From Ginkgo biloba (taxonomy: Eukaryota > Plantae > Ginkgophyta), in the NCBI GenBank assembly GCA_024626585.2, contig JANKJI020000002.1, positions 68,463,222-68,482,975 of the forward strand: 19,754 bases of DNA. The letters are read 5' to 3'. Position 1 is the first letter of the stretch; every line of letters starts with the position of its first letter. The notes beneath the pieces were generated by a model, which did not search any database, had not been told where the DNA came from, and saw nothing but the letters and a program-made list of their open reading frames with translations. The position numbers and the translations under genes were made by a program. This document shows positions 1-10,844 of the stretch, piece by piece.

Positions 1-3000
1 TAAAGGACCTAAGGATCTAACTTCATAGTCTCCATCCAAAGTATCATATTCCAAAGAAGAAAAGATATTTAGAGTTTCCATATGAAGTATCACCACCTAG
101 ATAAGTGTTAAAATAAACCACATTATCCACTAAGAGGAAGAGATCTACTCTAATTAGGAAGCATTAGTCTACAAGATGAAATTTATGAGCCAGTGTACAA
201 CTCATAACTTGAATCCATTTAAAAATTAGAGCTCATTCTTAATCAAACATTTGACTAATTTTTTGATGGAGATGGTTAACCAATTGAGTCCCCACATCTC
301 TTTGGAAAATATATATTCTTAAATTTTGAATTGTAAATAGATGATTAAAAGAATACTTTTGAATTATAATTAGGGAAAAGGATATAAAGTATCAAGAAGA
401 GAGTATGGTTTTGATTCTTGTATTATAATATTTTGTACAAGGTCATCTAATTTATTATGAATATAATAGATATTTCCAAGAAGTGATTAGAGATAAGTCT
501 TAGTTCCTAAGAAGATTCCCATTATGTCCTAGTATTTTTCAAGTGTAATCCATGCCTATGCTTATAGAAGAATTTTATTAGAAAATCTCTTACTGTTATG
601 AATTTTGACACTCTATGAGTTTATATAATTTATTTTAGTTTTTATTTATGTTTAGTCAATAATGTTTGTTTTTTCATTAATAAGAGTAATTCAATCATTT
701 TTTATCCTCTCTATGAGTTTGTATGGTTTAAGTTGTACTATCAGTAACATTAAAAATTTAATTCCTAGTTACTTTGTTATTGTCTTATAATGTTTATGGT
801 TAATTCCTTCCTCCTAGAAGAAATCAAAATCAAGATTATCCTATAATGGTCAAGGAATAATATCTCTTCCAAATATTAAATTTTTTATTCCTACATTGGT
901 GGGGATTGTCCTAGCCTAAGAAAAAATAGCATACAAGAAACTTATCTAAGAGTTAGTCACCTTCCTTGAATAAAATCCTAGAGTAGTGCTCTAGGTGGTA
1001 CATATGTTTTGTTAAGCCTTGAGATCTTAATTGTTTCCATAATTCCTTGACTAATTTCCCCATTAATAGGTGACTAACCCAAATTTCAAATCATAATTAT
1101 ATTTAGTTAAATGTTGGGGAGGTTGTTGTTCAAAGATTCCTTAGTCCACCCTCAAGAAAAATTTTCTAGTATATTTGGGTGTCCACTATATAAAGGAATT
1201 AAAAGGGTATTGTTGATGAATATTTTTGGCACTTGATAGTTTATCAGCGGATAAGGATTTATTGTTGCAACTTAGAGAAAAAGTTCCAAGATGGCATAAT
1301 AGTAAGGGATCGTGAGACCCTCTGACTTATGAGGGGAAGCTCCCTTATTTACAAAGAATAGAAAAATAAGATATTTCATTAAATGAAAACTATTTACATC
1401 ACATATAGGATGGATATCTGAAATGAAGTCTGCCTCAATTATAGTAGATGATTATAAAAAGAAGGAACTACAAATAATTTATCTATTAAATGAAAAGGGA
1501 TTACTACTAAAATCAATATGTCAGCATAGCTAGGTCTCTTAATATAGTAGTGGGATTGTGGGAGAAAGCTAAAAAAAAGGATTTAGTGATAGCTTGAATA
1601 GTGAAATAGGAGAATCCTAAATATCATACCATATGTTGATCAGATAAAATGATCATATTGACCATAGAGTAGGATATCTCAAATTACAATTATTTTTAAT
1701 TCAATAACATAACTAGATGAACCAAAAAAACAATAGTAATTCACTCAAGCAAAAGTAAGAATTAATGACATACATTATAGCATGGCCATAAATGAATGTG
1801 CAAAAGAAATTTCTTATTTTTAATTAGCAAAAGGAACTTTCCACTATTGTGTTAATTACAAAACCCACTATAATAATTTTGTCTTATCTCATATTCAAAA
1901 ATCCCCCCTCCTAATATGATAGATCTCCCCCCTATTCCAAGAAAATTTTATCCTTTTTATAAGAATCTTTAAGAGGGTTTAGATAACTATCATAATCATT
2001 TCTTGCTNNNNNNNNNNNNNNNNNNNNNNNNNNNNNNNNNNNNNNNNNNNNNNNNNNNNNNNNNNNNNNNNNNNNNNNNNNNNNNNNNNNNNNNNNNNNN
2101 NNNNNNNTTTAAATGCATTAAAAAACAAATACAACAAAGGAAAAATGATCAATTAAACAAGATTAATTATCAAATGTGGGATTCTTAACCCCAAGACAAA
2201 CTAGGGCCAATGGATAGGAACTATATTCCATTAACCTTAATCCTTAAATATATCACATTTATCACTTTAGGACTATCCCTTCACACATTCATGCATTGTG
2301 ACACTTCGTACTCATGCAATGCACTAATAAACCTTACAAAAATATTTGATTATTCCTAACATTCCCATCATAGAATGTCATTCCTTGGTCATCATATCTC
2401 TACCAAGGGCATGAACTCATCCCCTCAACATGACTTCCTAAGTATTTGAATGAAAATATTCCTAGATCATGACATATCAAAGCATTTCTCCTAGGCTCTA
2501 ACCTTCATGTTATGGTCCCATGACTCCTAGATTAGGTTTAATAATCCTTGTCTTATAGAGTGACTTCCTAGTCATAGCTTATGAAAAGGCTCCTTAGTCA
2601 CCTTTCACTTTCCTGATTCTACTAAGATCATATGGGCCAACCAGGGAGAAGCATCCTTGTCATCCTTATTTCTATTTTGTCTCCTTGGTTCTAGCATTTG
2701 AAGGGGATCCCTAGCTTGTTATTNNNNNNNNNNNNNNNNNNNNNNNNNAAAATAATTTTTGGTTCATCTTTTGGTTCCCACTATCACTTATGCACACTCT
2801 TGGGTCACTTGCACCTTCCTAGTCAAACTAATACCACAAATAGCTATTAGGAGCTACTTTCTTGGGTCTTTATCCTTTATTGATCATACAAAGAATGTGA
2901 AAATCCACCATTTCTATCTCTCCTTTCAATGCATATGATTCAAATATATTTTAATAGCACTATGTCCTCCACAAAGGCTATGCACTCTCCTCAATATTTT

Positions 3001-3340
3001 AAAGTCTCATTGATCACACCAGGATGGTAGAAAGATACCAAGGGTACCTTTCCTTTCCTTTAGCACATGTTCTTTAAATATTCCTTTTTGTATTTCATGT
3101 CAAACTTCAAGAACCATTACATTTATAAATTTCTTCATACTTTGGATTGGTTCTTCCATGTCTTGGATCTCTCAACGTAGACATTCTATGTTTTCATTAG
3201 GAACTAGTNNNNNNNNNNNNNNNNNNNNNNNNNNNNNNNNNNNNNNNNNNNNNNNNNNNNNNNNNNNNNNNNNNNNNNNNNNNNNNNNNNNNNNNNNNNN
3301 NNNNNNNNGTTTTGTTTCCTTGCTGTCCACCATGGTTATT

Positions 3341-4070
3341 GTAGTCCATATGCTCGTTCTGAGTATGTCCTTGAGAGTTGAATGGTGGTTCGCACCATAC
3401 TCCATCCCTTGATGTGAACTACCTATTTCATCTTAGCTATTTTTGTCCTCAATTCATCCATTTTCAGATTGAAGGTTGGTCTTGGATTCTGAGTCAGGGG
3501 GACAATTGTTTGCAATCTTAATGCCACAAGTTCATTTCTCAAGGTTTCTACTTCTAATCTCGATGAAATTTTTTAAGATTATTGTGTTAAAAATTAAATT
3601 TTAAATTTCATGGCTAATTAGCAAACTTTCTCATGGTTAGTGGTGGGGTGTAATCTCACCCAATCCTAGACTTGAGGTAAAAGTCCTTGAACAATATATT
3701 TCAATATGTGATGTGAAGAAATCGGATGTGTTGGATCCATCCTATTAATCAATATTTTTATCATCCCATCAAAATATTTTATAAATTCTCTTGTTAACTA
3801 TTGAATAACTTTAATATCCTATAAGATAGATAAAGGATACTGTATTCTTTGAAATCTATCCAAAAAGGCTTATTATAACTCCTTGTAGGTCATATTATTT
3901 ATATTCTTATACTGGTAATAGGAGATAGCAATACCTTATAATGGGGAGAAAAAATGGGCATTTATTTATGATTCATCCCTAATCCTTTGAATTTTAATCT
4001 ATTTTTTAAACAGTGCTAAGTGATCTGTCAGTTCCCCTATTCCATTGAATGTTAGGGAATTTAGATTATC
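3341..4070 (-). mobile_element. Decayed Ty3/Gypsy LTR-retrotransposon gag (Retrotrans_gag-like)
   Basis: One frame, 4070-3603, reads LTFNGIGELTDHLALFKK*...L*GIAISYYQ...TYKEL**AFLDRF...DIKVIQ*LTREFIKYFDGMIKILINR...YIVQGLLPQV*DWVRLH, a recognisable gag capsid pattern with 9 stops. A weak zinc-knuckle remnant WCEPPFNSQGHTQNEH lies at 3400-3341. The element probably extends to about 4465 and about 2800. Confidence 0.75.
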
Positions 4071-6028
4071 ACCATGATAAACTATATGCAAAGTATTATT
4101 ATTATTACTGTGCGCAGGAAATTCAGAGCAAGATAAAATTCAAAATATGTACCAGATTTCACTCCCAACTCNNNNNNNNNNNNNNNNNNNNNNNNNNNNN
4201 NNNNNNNNNNNNNNNNGTTTCTTCAGATTCATGCCAAGATGAAGCAACAAGCAAAGGGATTGGTTGATGAGTAAGAATTGGGCTCTCTGATGGGAAGATG
4301 GTTGGTCAATGGTGGGTACAGATGGGCGATGCAGATTATTCGATGGATGAAGAAGTTCTCCTCCCCCCCAGAAGCTCTTTGTCGATGGTGCTTAAAATAA
4401 CTTCCAAAGCCATTGCTTCGGCTACCCCAAGAGTCTTTACGTCTTCTTCTTGATTTTCTTTTGATNNNNNNNNNNNNNNNNNNNNNNNNNNNNNNNNNNN
4501 NNNNNNNNNNNNNNNNNNNNNNNNNNNNNNNNNNNNNNNNNNNNNNNNNNNNNNNNNNNNNNNNNTGATCATACATAGAATTTTAATTGTTTTTAAGAAA
4601 TTAATCTAAAAACAAGAATCTATAGTTAGTGACATTTGGAGATTTTGACTCACCCACTGAGATACGAATCAAAATCCAATATTCCTTCAAATTGTACCTA
4701 ATTAGGATTTCTAGTTCATTCCATCTCATGAAATAAAATCTTACATCAAAATTAACTTGAACATAATAATTAATGAAGTACCTTAAATTATACTTAAATT
4801 GCTAATGTTCTTTGCAATTATATGTATGCAACCATGCTCCCCTTGCATTCATCATAATATTCATGTTCACTCATAAAATAACTTTTTAATCATGTAGGAT
4901 TTTTCATTTTAATTTTTTTTGGCTTATACATTGCATCTACCTCTCCAATACTTAAACCTTCTCTATCTCTTTGGTTATTTTATTAATTCCTTTCTCAATT
5001 TATTTTAGAGGGATCTACTCAAACTCATATTTCACTCTTTTTTACTATAACCAAAGATAAGTAATAGTCCAAAGGACCTATAAACTCATCTTTAGTTCAT
5101 CACTCATAATCATACATTGTTGAATGCAAAAGAGGATTATATGAAGAAGACAAATAAACCTAAAGAAAGATCAATAGAGTTCTATATATTTTCATCTTCC
5201 ATCCTATTGATTGTGTCTAGCTCAAATGTCCAAATTAAACTCAGTTTCCTTAAACGAAGATGATTCGTGTTGTAGCAATATCTCCAATATATTTTGAGTA
5301 TGATTCCTTAGTAAAAATTAAAGCCTATATAATAAATACTTGATTTTTTAGTTTGTTTGTTCAAAGTTTCATATTATCATGAATATGTGTTATTATGCCA
5401 TTGAATCCTGAGTATATTACAATAGGATACATAACATATAGTAATAGGAGACAATAATAAATCAAAACTATTTTAAAAAGTGTAATGATAGAGAGTAGAA
5501 GAATAGAGAATTAATTGTGATAGATAATATTAATTGTCACTCTTGACTCACATAAGTGTAACAGATCACATTAACAATTTTGATAATAAAGGTAGAGAGT
5601 GTTAAATATGATATTGAATCCAAGAATCTCATTCAAGATAGATTCTTATTTTAATTCATAGAATGGGGCCAATACTAGAAGGAAATGTGTCAGTGTGCAG
5701 GCTAAAGAATAGTTTCATCATAGTGCAATAAATCAACAAAGCATGGGTTTATTATAGTGAATTAAATTAGCAAACAATTATCCTTATTCCCTACATTTAT
5801 AAACCACATTCAAATTTAACCATAGTGAAAAGTTTTAAAAATTAGTTCTCAAGGTCCACAAATCAAACCTTATCCCTTTTCTTCAGTGTAGCATGGTATT
5901 TAGTGGAGAATATATTCTCTAATCTTCATATATCCACAGTTATTCTAAAATTATATAGACCCAAATTTATTCGAAAGATCTTAAAATTCATGACACTAAA
6001 TAACTTCAAAGCATTCTTACATACTTAT

Positions 6029-6040
6029 ACACACACACAC
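6029..6040. repeat. (AC)6 microsatellite
   Basis: Read directly from the sequence. Confidence 0.8.
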
Positions 6041-7548
6041 ATCCTTACCCATGGGAAATAATTTCCACAAGTATCTCATTTGTAATCTAACTCATTCCAC
6101 CAACACCAACCAAAAATGAAACTCCATAGAGAAGTCATAAAGAGAATATTCTTCAAGCATGAATGAAATCATTTTAAACAAAATTAAATAAGAATTGAAT
6201 GATTTTAAATAATAACTCCATAGATACATCGAATGAAAATCACNNNNNNNNNNNNNNNNNNNNNNNNNNNNNNNNNNNNNNNNNNNNNNNNNNNNNNNNN
6301 NNNNNNNNNNNNNNNNNNNNNNNNNNNNNNNNNNNNNNNNNNNNNNNNNNNNNNNNNNNNNNNNNNNNNNNNNNNNNNNNNNNNNNNNNNNNNNNNNNNN
6401 NNNNNNNNNNNNNNNNNNNNNNNNNNNNNNNNNNNNNNNNNNNNNNNNNNNNNNNNNNNNNNNNNNNNNNNNNNNNNNNNNNNNNNNNNNNNNNNNNNNN
6501 NNNNNNNNNNNNNNNNNNNNNNNNNNNNNNNNNNNNNNNNNNNNNNNNNNNNNNNNNNNNNNNNNNNNNNNNNNNNNNNNNNNNNNNNNNNNNNNNNNNN
6601 NNNNNNNNNNNNNNNNNNNNNNNNNNNNNNNNNNNNNNNNNNNNNNNNNNNNNNNNNNNNNNNNNNNNNNNNNNNNNNNNNNNNNNNNNNNNNNNNNNNN
6701 NNNNNNNNNNNNNNNAAAAATAAAACAAATAATGATAAATGAAAAACAAAGAGTGAATGAATGGATTACCCTTTCTAAGCGTCAAACTCTAGGCCTAAAA
6801 TATAAGAAACATATTAGAGGGATTTCTTCCATATCTATAGAGTTTGGGAGTCATATCTCTTCTTCTCTTCAAGTAGTTTAAACTCATGAGCATAAAGATC
6901 CCTTTCCACCCAATGAAGGTCCAAAGGATCGACATCATAAGACNNNNNNNNNNAGGAATAATTATGGCACCACCTTCTAACTTCATATGGATTTTGTCCA
7001 AACACCAATGTGATTTCACATAGAATTTATAAAAATATTGCAACATGGCTAGAAGTCATTCGAATGGTATCTTGTATTTTATCGGCTAATATATCTCCTA
7101 CATATAATTTATCCTTATAAAAAAAGACTCATAATGTGCAGTCAATGAGATAGTTGTAAAGGTTGTTGGCAAGAGTATTCTTCATATTTAGTCCCTGACA
7201 ACAAATCGTACGAAGAATTCCTATGTATCAAGATTTATAATTTCAATGTTTGGAGAGTTTTACACCCTAATAGAGTTCTTCCTTCACCTATACTTGATAG
7301 AGTGACACATTCAAATTTTTACTAAATGATAAATTCTAGATCCTTCCAAAGACTATGTTTTATCATTCCCTCAAGACTAATTTAGCAAAGAACATCATAG
7401 CCTTCCAAATATGAACAATCAAGAAGATAGACACTTCCAGAATGATCAAGAGGTGGTGGGGCATATTTATTGAGGGGAATATGATATTTTTTGATTAATT
7501 TATTTTTTGGATGGGCACACATAGAATTTTCTCTATCTCCATGCATAC

Positions 7549-7584
<36 letters not shown>

Positions 7585-7587
7585 TAT
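7549..7587. repeat. Compound microsatellite (ATT)9(AT)6
   Basis: Read directly from the sequence. Confidence 0.95.
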
Positions 7588-7747
7588 TTTTTATTAATGA
7601 TTAAATTCCCTTTTATACTCTCCCTCTTCTCTTATATATATTTATTTTATTTTAGTTGTTAATCCTTATTCCCATAATGGAATATTCTTTTATAAATATT
7701 CCTTATTTAATTTTTATTAACAAATCCTTATTCTTATTTTTTTTTAC

Positions 7748-7917
7748 TTTAATTTTACTAATGGAGACGCAGCAACTGTATGACATGACAAAGTGGAGCG
7801 ATGCAGCGACGCGATGACTATGTGGAAAGACGTGATGGAGTGGAATGATGTGGCATTTAATTTTACTAATGGAGACACGATAATTCTATGACACAACAAA
7901 GTGGAGTGACGCAGCGA
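7748..7917. repeat. Diverged direct duplication, 62-bp unit, 108-bp period
   Basis: 7748-7809 versus 7856-7917, both starting tttaattttactaatggagac. 52/62 identical; 9 of the 10 differences are transitions. Confidence 0.9.
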
Positions 7918-8006
7918 TTTGAACAGATTTGGTGACAATCAACGAGTATGCTAACGTTTTGAACGAAGGAGGTTTCGACTTGAAAATGAGCATAGATCGG
8001 TGTAAA

Positions 8007-8065
8007 TGGCTCTGTTCTGACCAGATGTAGCATATCGTTTGACTCTATTATGACCAGATGCAACA
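8007..8065. repeat. Diverged direct repeat, 26-bp unit, 33-bp period
   Basis: tggctctgttctgaccagatgtagca (8007-8032) versus tgactctattatgaccagatgcaaca (8040-8065), 21/26 identical. Confidence 0.85.
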
Positions 8066-8077
8066 ACGTAGACCATG

Positions 8078-8299
8078 GGCATTCTTGATTCGATTGGCTA
8101 TACGCCCTACCATGGCTCTGAATTGAGGCCTATGAGTGCTAGATTTCATGTATGGTGTCACAGTGTCGAAGATAAGAACAACATCCGCTAGATGGCATTC
8201 TGGACCTGGGATACTCAGAGACATAATGGTGACCCCCCAGTTTGTGATTTTGACGTGGAAATCACCCGTTTGTAATTCAAAGATTTGTGGGCCTTCACC
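8078..8299 (-). pseudogene. Truncated aldose 1-epimerase (galactose mutarotase family) N-terminal fragment
   Basis: Translation GEGPQIFELQTGDFHVKITNWGVTIMSLSIPGPECHLADVVLIFDTVTPYMKSSTHRPQFRAMVGRIANRIKNA matches the plant family motifs ITNWGATI / LADVVLGFD / PYFGAIVGRVANRI. Several conserved residues are altered, homology ends at about 8078 and a stop follows at 8048-8050. Confidence 0.85.
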
Positions 8300-10844
8300 T
8301 AAATCTCTTTTGTTCTCAAAATCTATAAATAATGAAGATTTTTTTTGTTCTTTATTTTGGTGCTTAGCAATCTCCCAGAATAAACTGCCATCATNNNNNN
8401 NNNNNNNNNNNNNNNNNNNNNNNNNNNNNNNNNNNNNNNNNNNNNNNNNNNNNNNNNNNNNNNNNNNNNNNNNNNNNNNNNNNNNNNNNNNNNNTTTTTT
8501 AAGAGGAAAAAAAAGGGAAGTGACCTCTAGCCATACCAATTTGAGTACGATCAGGATATGGAAGGGAAATGGATCCCTACATGCTCGACCCATACCTATT
8601 CCTATGCTGTATCAGGGATGGAATCAGGACCCTCTATGGTGGATCTCGGTAACGGAAAAAATAGATTTATATTCTTTTATTGTATGTTTTGGGCTCTTGA
8701 AACAAAAAAATGCTATTATTGGCTTTTTATCTTTGTCCACATTTGTCCAAGTTTTTGAATCTTGGAACAAAAAATGGAGTTGATGCTTCCTATAGTTGTC
8801 CCAAGCTTGTATCCTCGGTTCGACCTTGACAGTTAGGCTTGGTTTGTCCTTTTAAGCTCATTCCAAGACTTTTGAGCATTTCAGTTTAATGAGTAAATGC
8901 TAAATGGATATCTCACCATGCCCATCCCATGGTAGAGGCCAGGTAAACCATAATTCCAAGCTTGGAGTTTTTCTAACATGACCAAAAGCAACATGTAAAA
9001 CTCAATCCAGTGCCGCAGTAAACAATATGGAAAATGAAGAAATATTGAAGGTGAGCAAAGTTATTGAAGGCCTTTGAGATACAATCCCACTTTCCAGAAT
9101 AAATCCACAGGCTCGAGTATAAAACCAGTGCTCTTTACATCTTAGTAATGCATGAATTATTCAATCTAACGACGCAAATAGGAAAGTATAATATTATAGC
9201 CAAACATAAAGATATGTACAAGAAATACAGCCTATGCAACTGCAAACCAAAATTCCACAGCAAAAACCGTGATATTCACGTTGTAGAGATCTAAATACCA
9301 CCCTAGTAAGCAAAAGCATTAACCCAAAAGAATGCTAAGAAGTGACGAGTCTCTGATGAACTCATAAACTGGTAAGATCAAATGAACCACTGTGTTGCAT
9401 GACAAAATAAAGAACATGACCCAACAAACCATTGCGCCATAATGATTTGTAAGTAAGGCTTTAACCATTATCAATGTGTATCCAAATATGGCGTAGGAGA
9501 AATACTGACAATAATTTGCACCAACTGGAAGGAGTGGAGTGCGGCTTGACCATCTAGGTATATGTAGCTATTTATGTCCAAGAAGACAAACACAATTTTT
9601 ACTGCAGTAATGTGTTTAGCATACTTCAAGCATCTACTACGACTAGTTCTGCGTTAATTCAAATAAAGAAATCAATGCAAGAACAATATATCCTTCGCCA
9701 ACAAGATGCCAGCCATGTACATAATTGACAACATTGTGATGTTCCCAAATTTATTCCAGCAAATCAAGATCGTGCGATGCTCTCCCTACAAGGGCTCTTT
9801 TTAGTATGCTCAAACAGGGTGAAATTCCTTTCTCGAGATGTGAACACAGTAATTGTCTGGTGGCTGGCCACAAATAACTGCATTATTGCCCCCCTGGATC
9901 TCATCCCTTGATAGCCTTACCAGATATGGTCTTTAAAAAGAATATTTGTGATATGAAGACACTCTTGCATCACTGACTGCACTGCAATCATCACAGTTAT
10001 AAGAGGTCATGCTGTAATTAAAGACATTAAGATCGTTTTTATCACAGCAGACAATATCCGATGTATCTTTTTAAGTCACCTTCTATATGAGAAGGCATAG
10101 AATAAGAAGCCATTACCAGAGTCCATTACTATATTCAGCAGCATAAGCAACTAAAGTTGTCTCTCTGCGCTCACAATTCTCATCCTAATCTTTTTACACT
10201 GACAGATATATAGATGAGCTCAATGGATCAACTAATGATCTTGAATAGACTTCTTGCTATGGCCGTCTTCCTAGTCCAGCATAAGCAACAACTTACTCTG
10301 AACTACACATGCACAACTCCTCAAATACATACAAAAATATAAGCATGAAAACAAGACAAAGGCCAGCAGTGCATGGGAGCTTGTGTATGTGAGTGCAAAT
10401 GAAGCAGCTCAATTGCGTGAAGTCTAGCATTGAAGCTTGGATCTCACTGATGTTCTATGGATAGCATCAGCACGGCAAACAGATGGAAGCACAAAACCAA
10501 ATGCTAACCTCCGCAAGTTTGATTTATATTAGAGAAAAGGTTAATGAAAATGACAGGGTACACAATGTTCATACCTCCAAATGAATGTGTTCGCTGTTCA
10601 TGCTCTCAAATCTATGCACTGTTTCCCACTTCTTCTTGCTCTTGGTCTTATTCATGTTCTTTCTCTTGCTCCCCTTGCTGAGTTAAAATATCACATATAA
10701 ACAGTTCCAAACTGCTCATTATGCATATGTATCTGAAGCGATACTGACATTTTCAATTCCAAACCCTCTAAATTGGCCTGCAACATAGGTCCCATAACAA
10801 AACGAGATTGCTTCTTGCAGGCAGGGGCAATAAACATATTTGAT

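Noticed and set aside
1-2007. AT-rich, CpG-poor DNA probably derived from old transposons (similarly 4566-6243 and 16030-18470)
   Set aside because: No assignable protein motif or terminal structure by eye; a repeat-library search is needed.
2780-3030. Possible additional zinc-knuckle remnants downstream of the gag
   Set aside because: They require several assumed back-mutations and a frameshift, which is too speculative.
4229-4576. Possible GST-like fragment (ENQEEDVKTLG...ELLGG)
   Set aside because: No GST motifs follow. It is better explained as the low-complexity N-terminal part of the co-oriented gag remnant.
6199-6785. Three long ORFs of 169-181 aa
   Set aside because: Almost entirely N; artefacts of the 472-N gap. 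The same applies to the ORFs at 2003, 10884, 13616 and 15412.
6795-7480. 83-aa ORF and PPT-like purine tracts near 7450-7478
   Set aside because: Probably TE debris, but I could not recognise any domain or LTR boundary.
7748-8065. Spaced direct repeats as a CRISPR-like array
   Set aside because: Only two diverged copies of each unit, a plant nuclear context and no cas genes.
8136-8783. 215-aa plus-strand ORF, and the 181-aa minus-strand ORF as a full gene
   Set aside because: The plus ORF is antisense to the epimerase fragment. Both span a 100-N placeholder gap, so frame continuity is meaningless.
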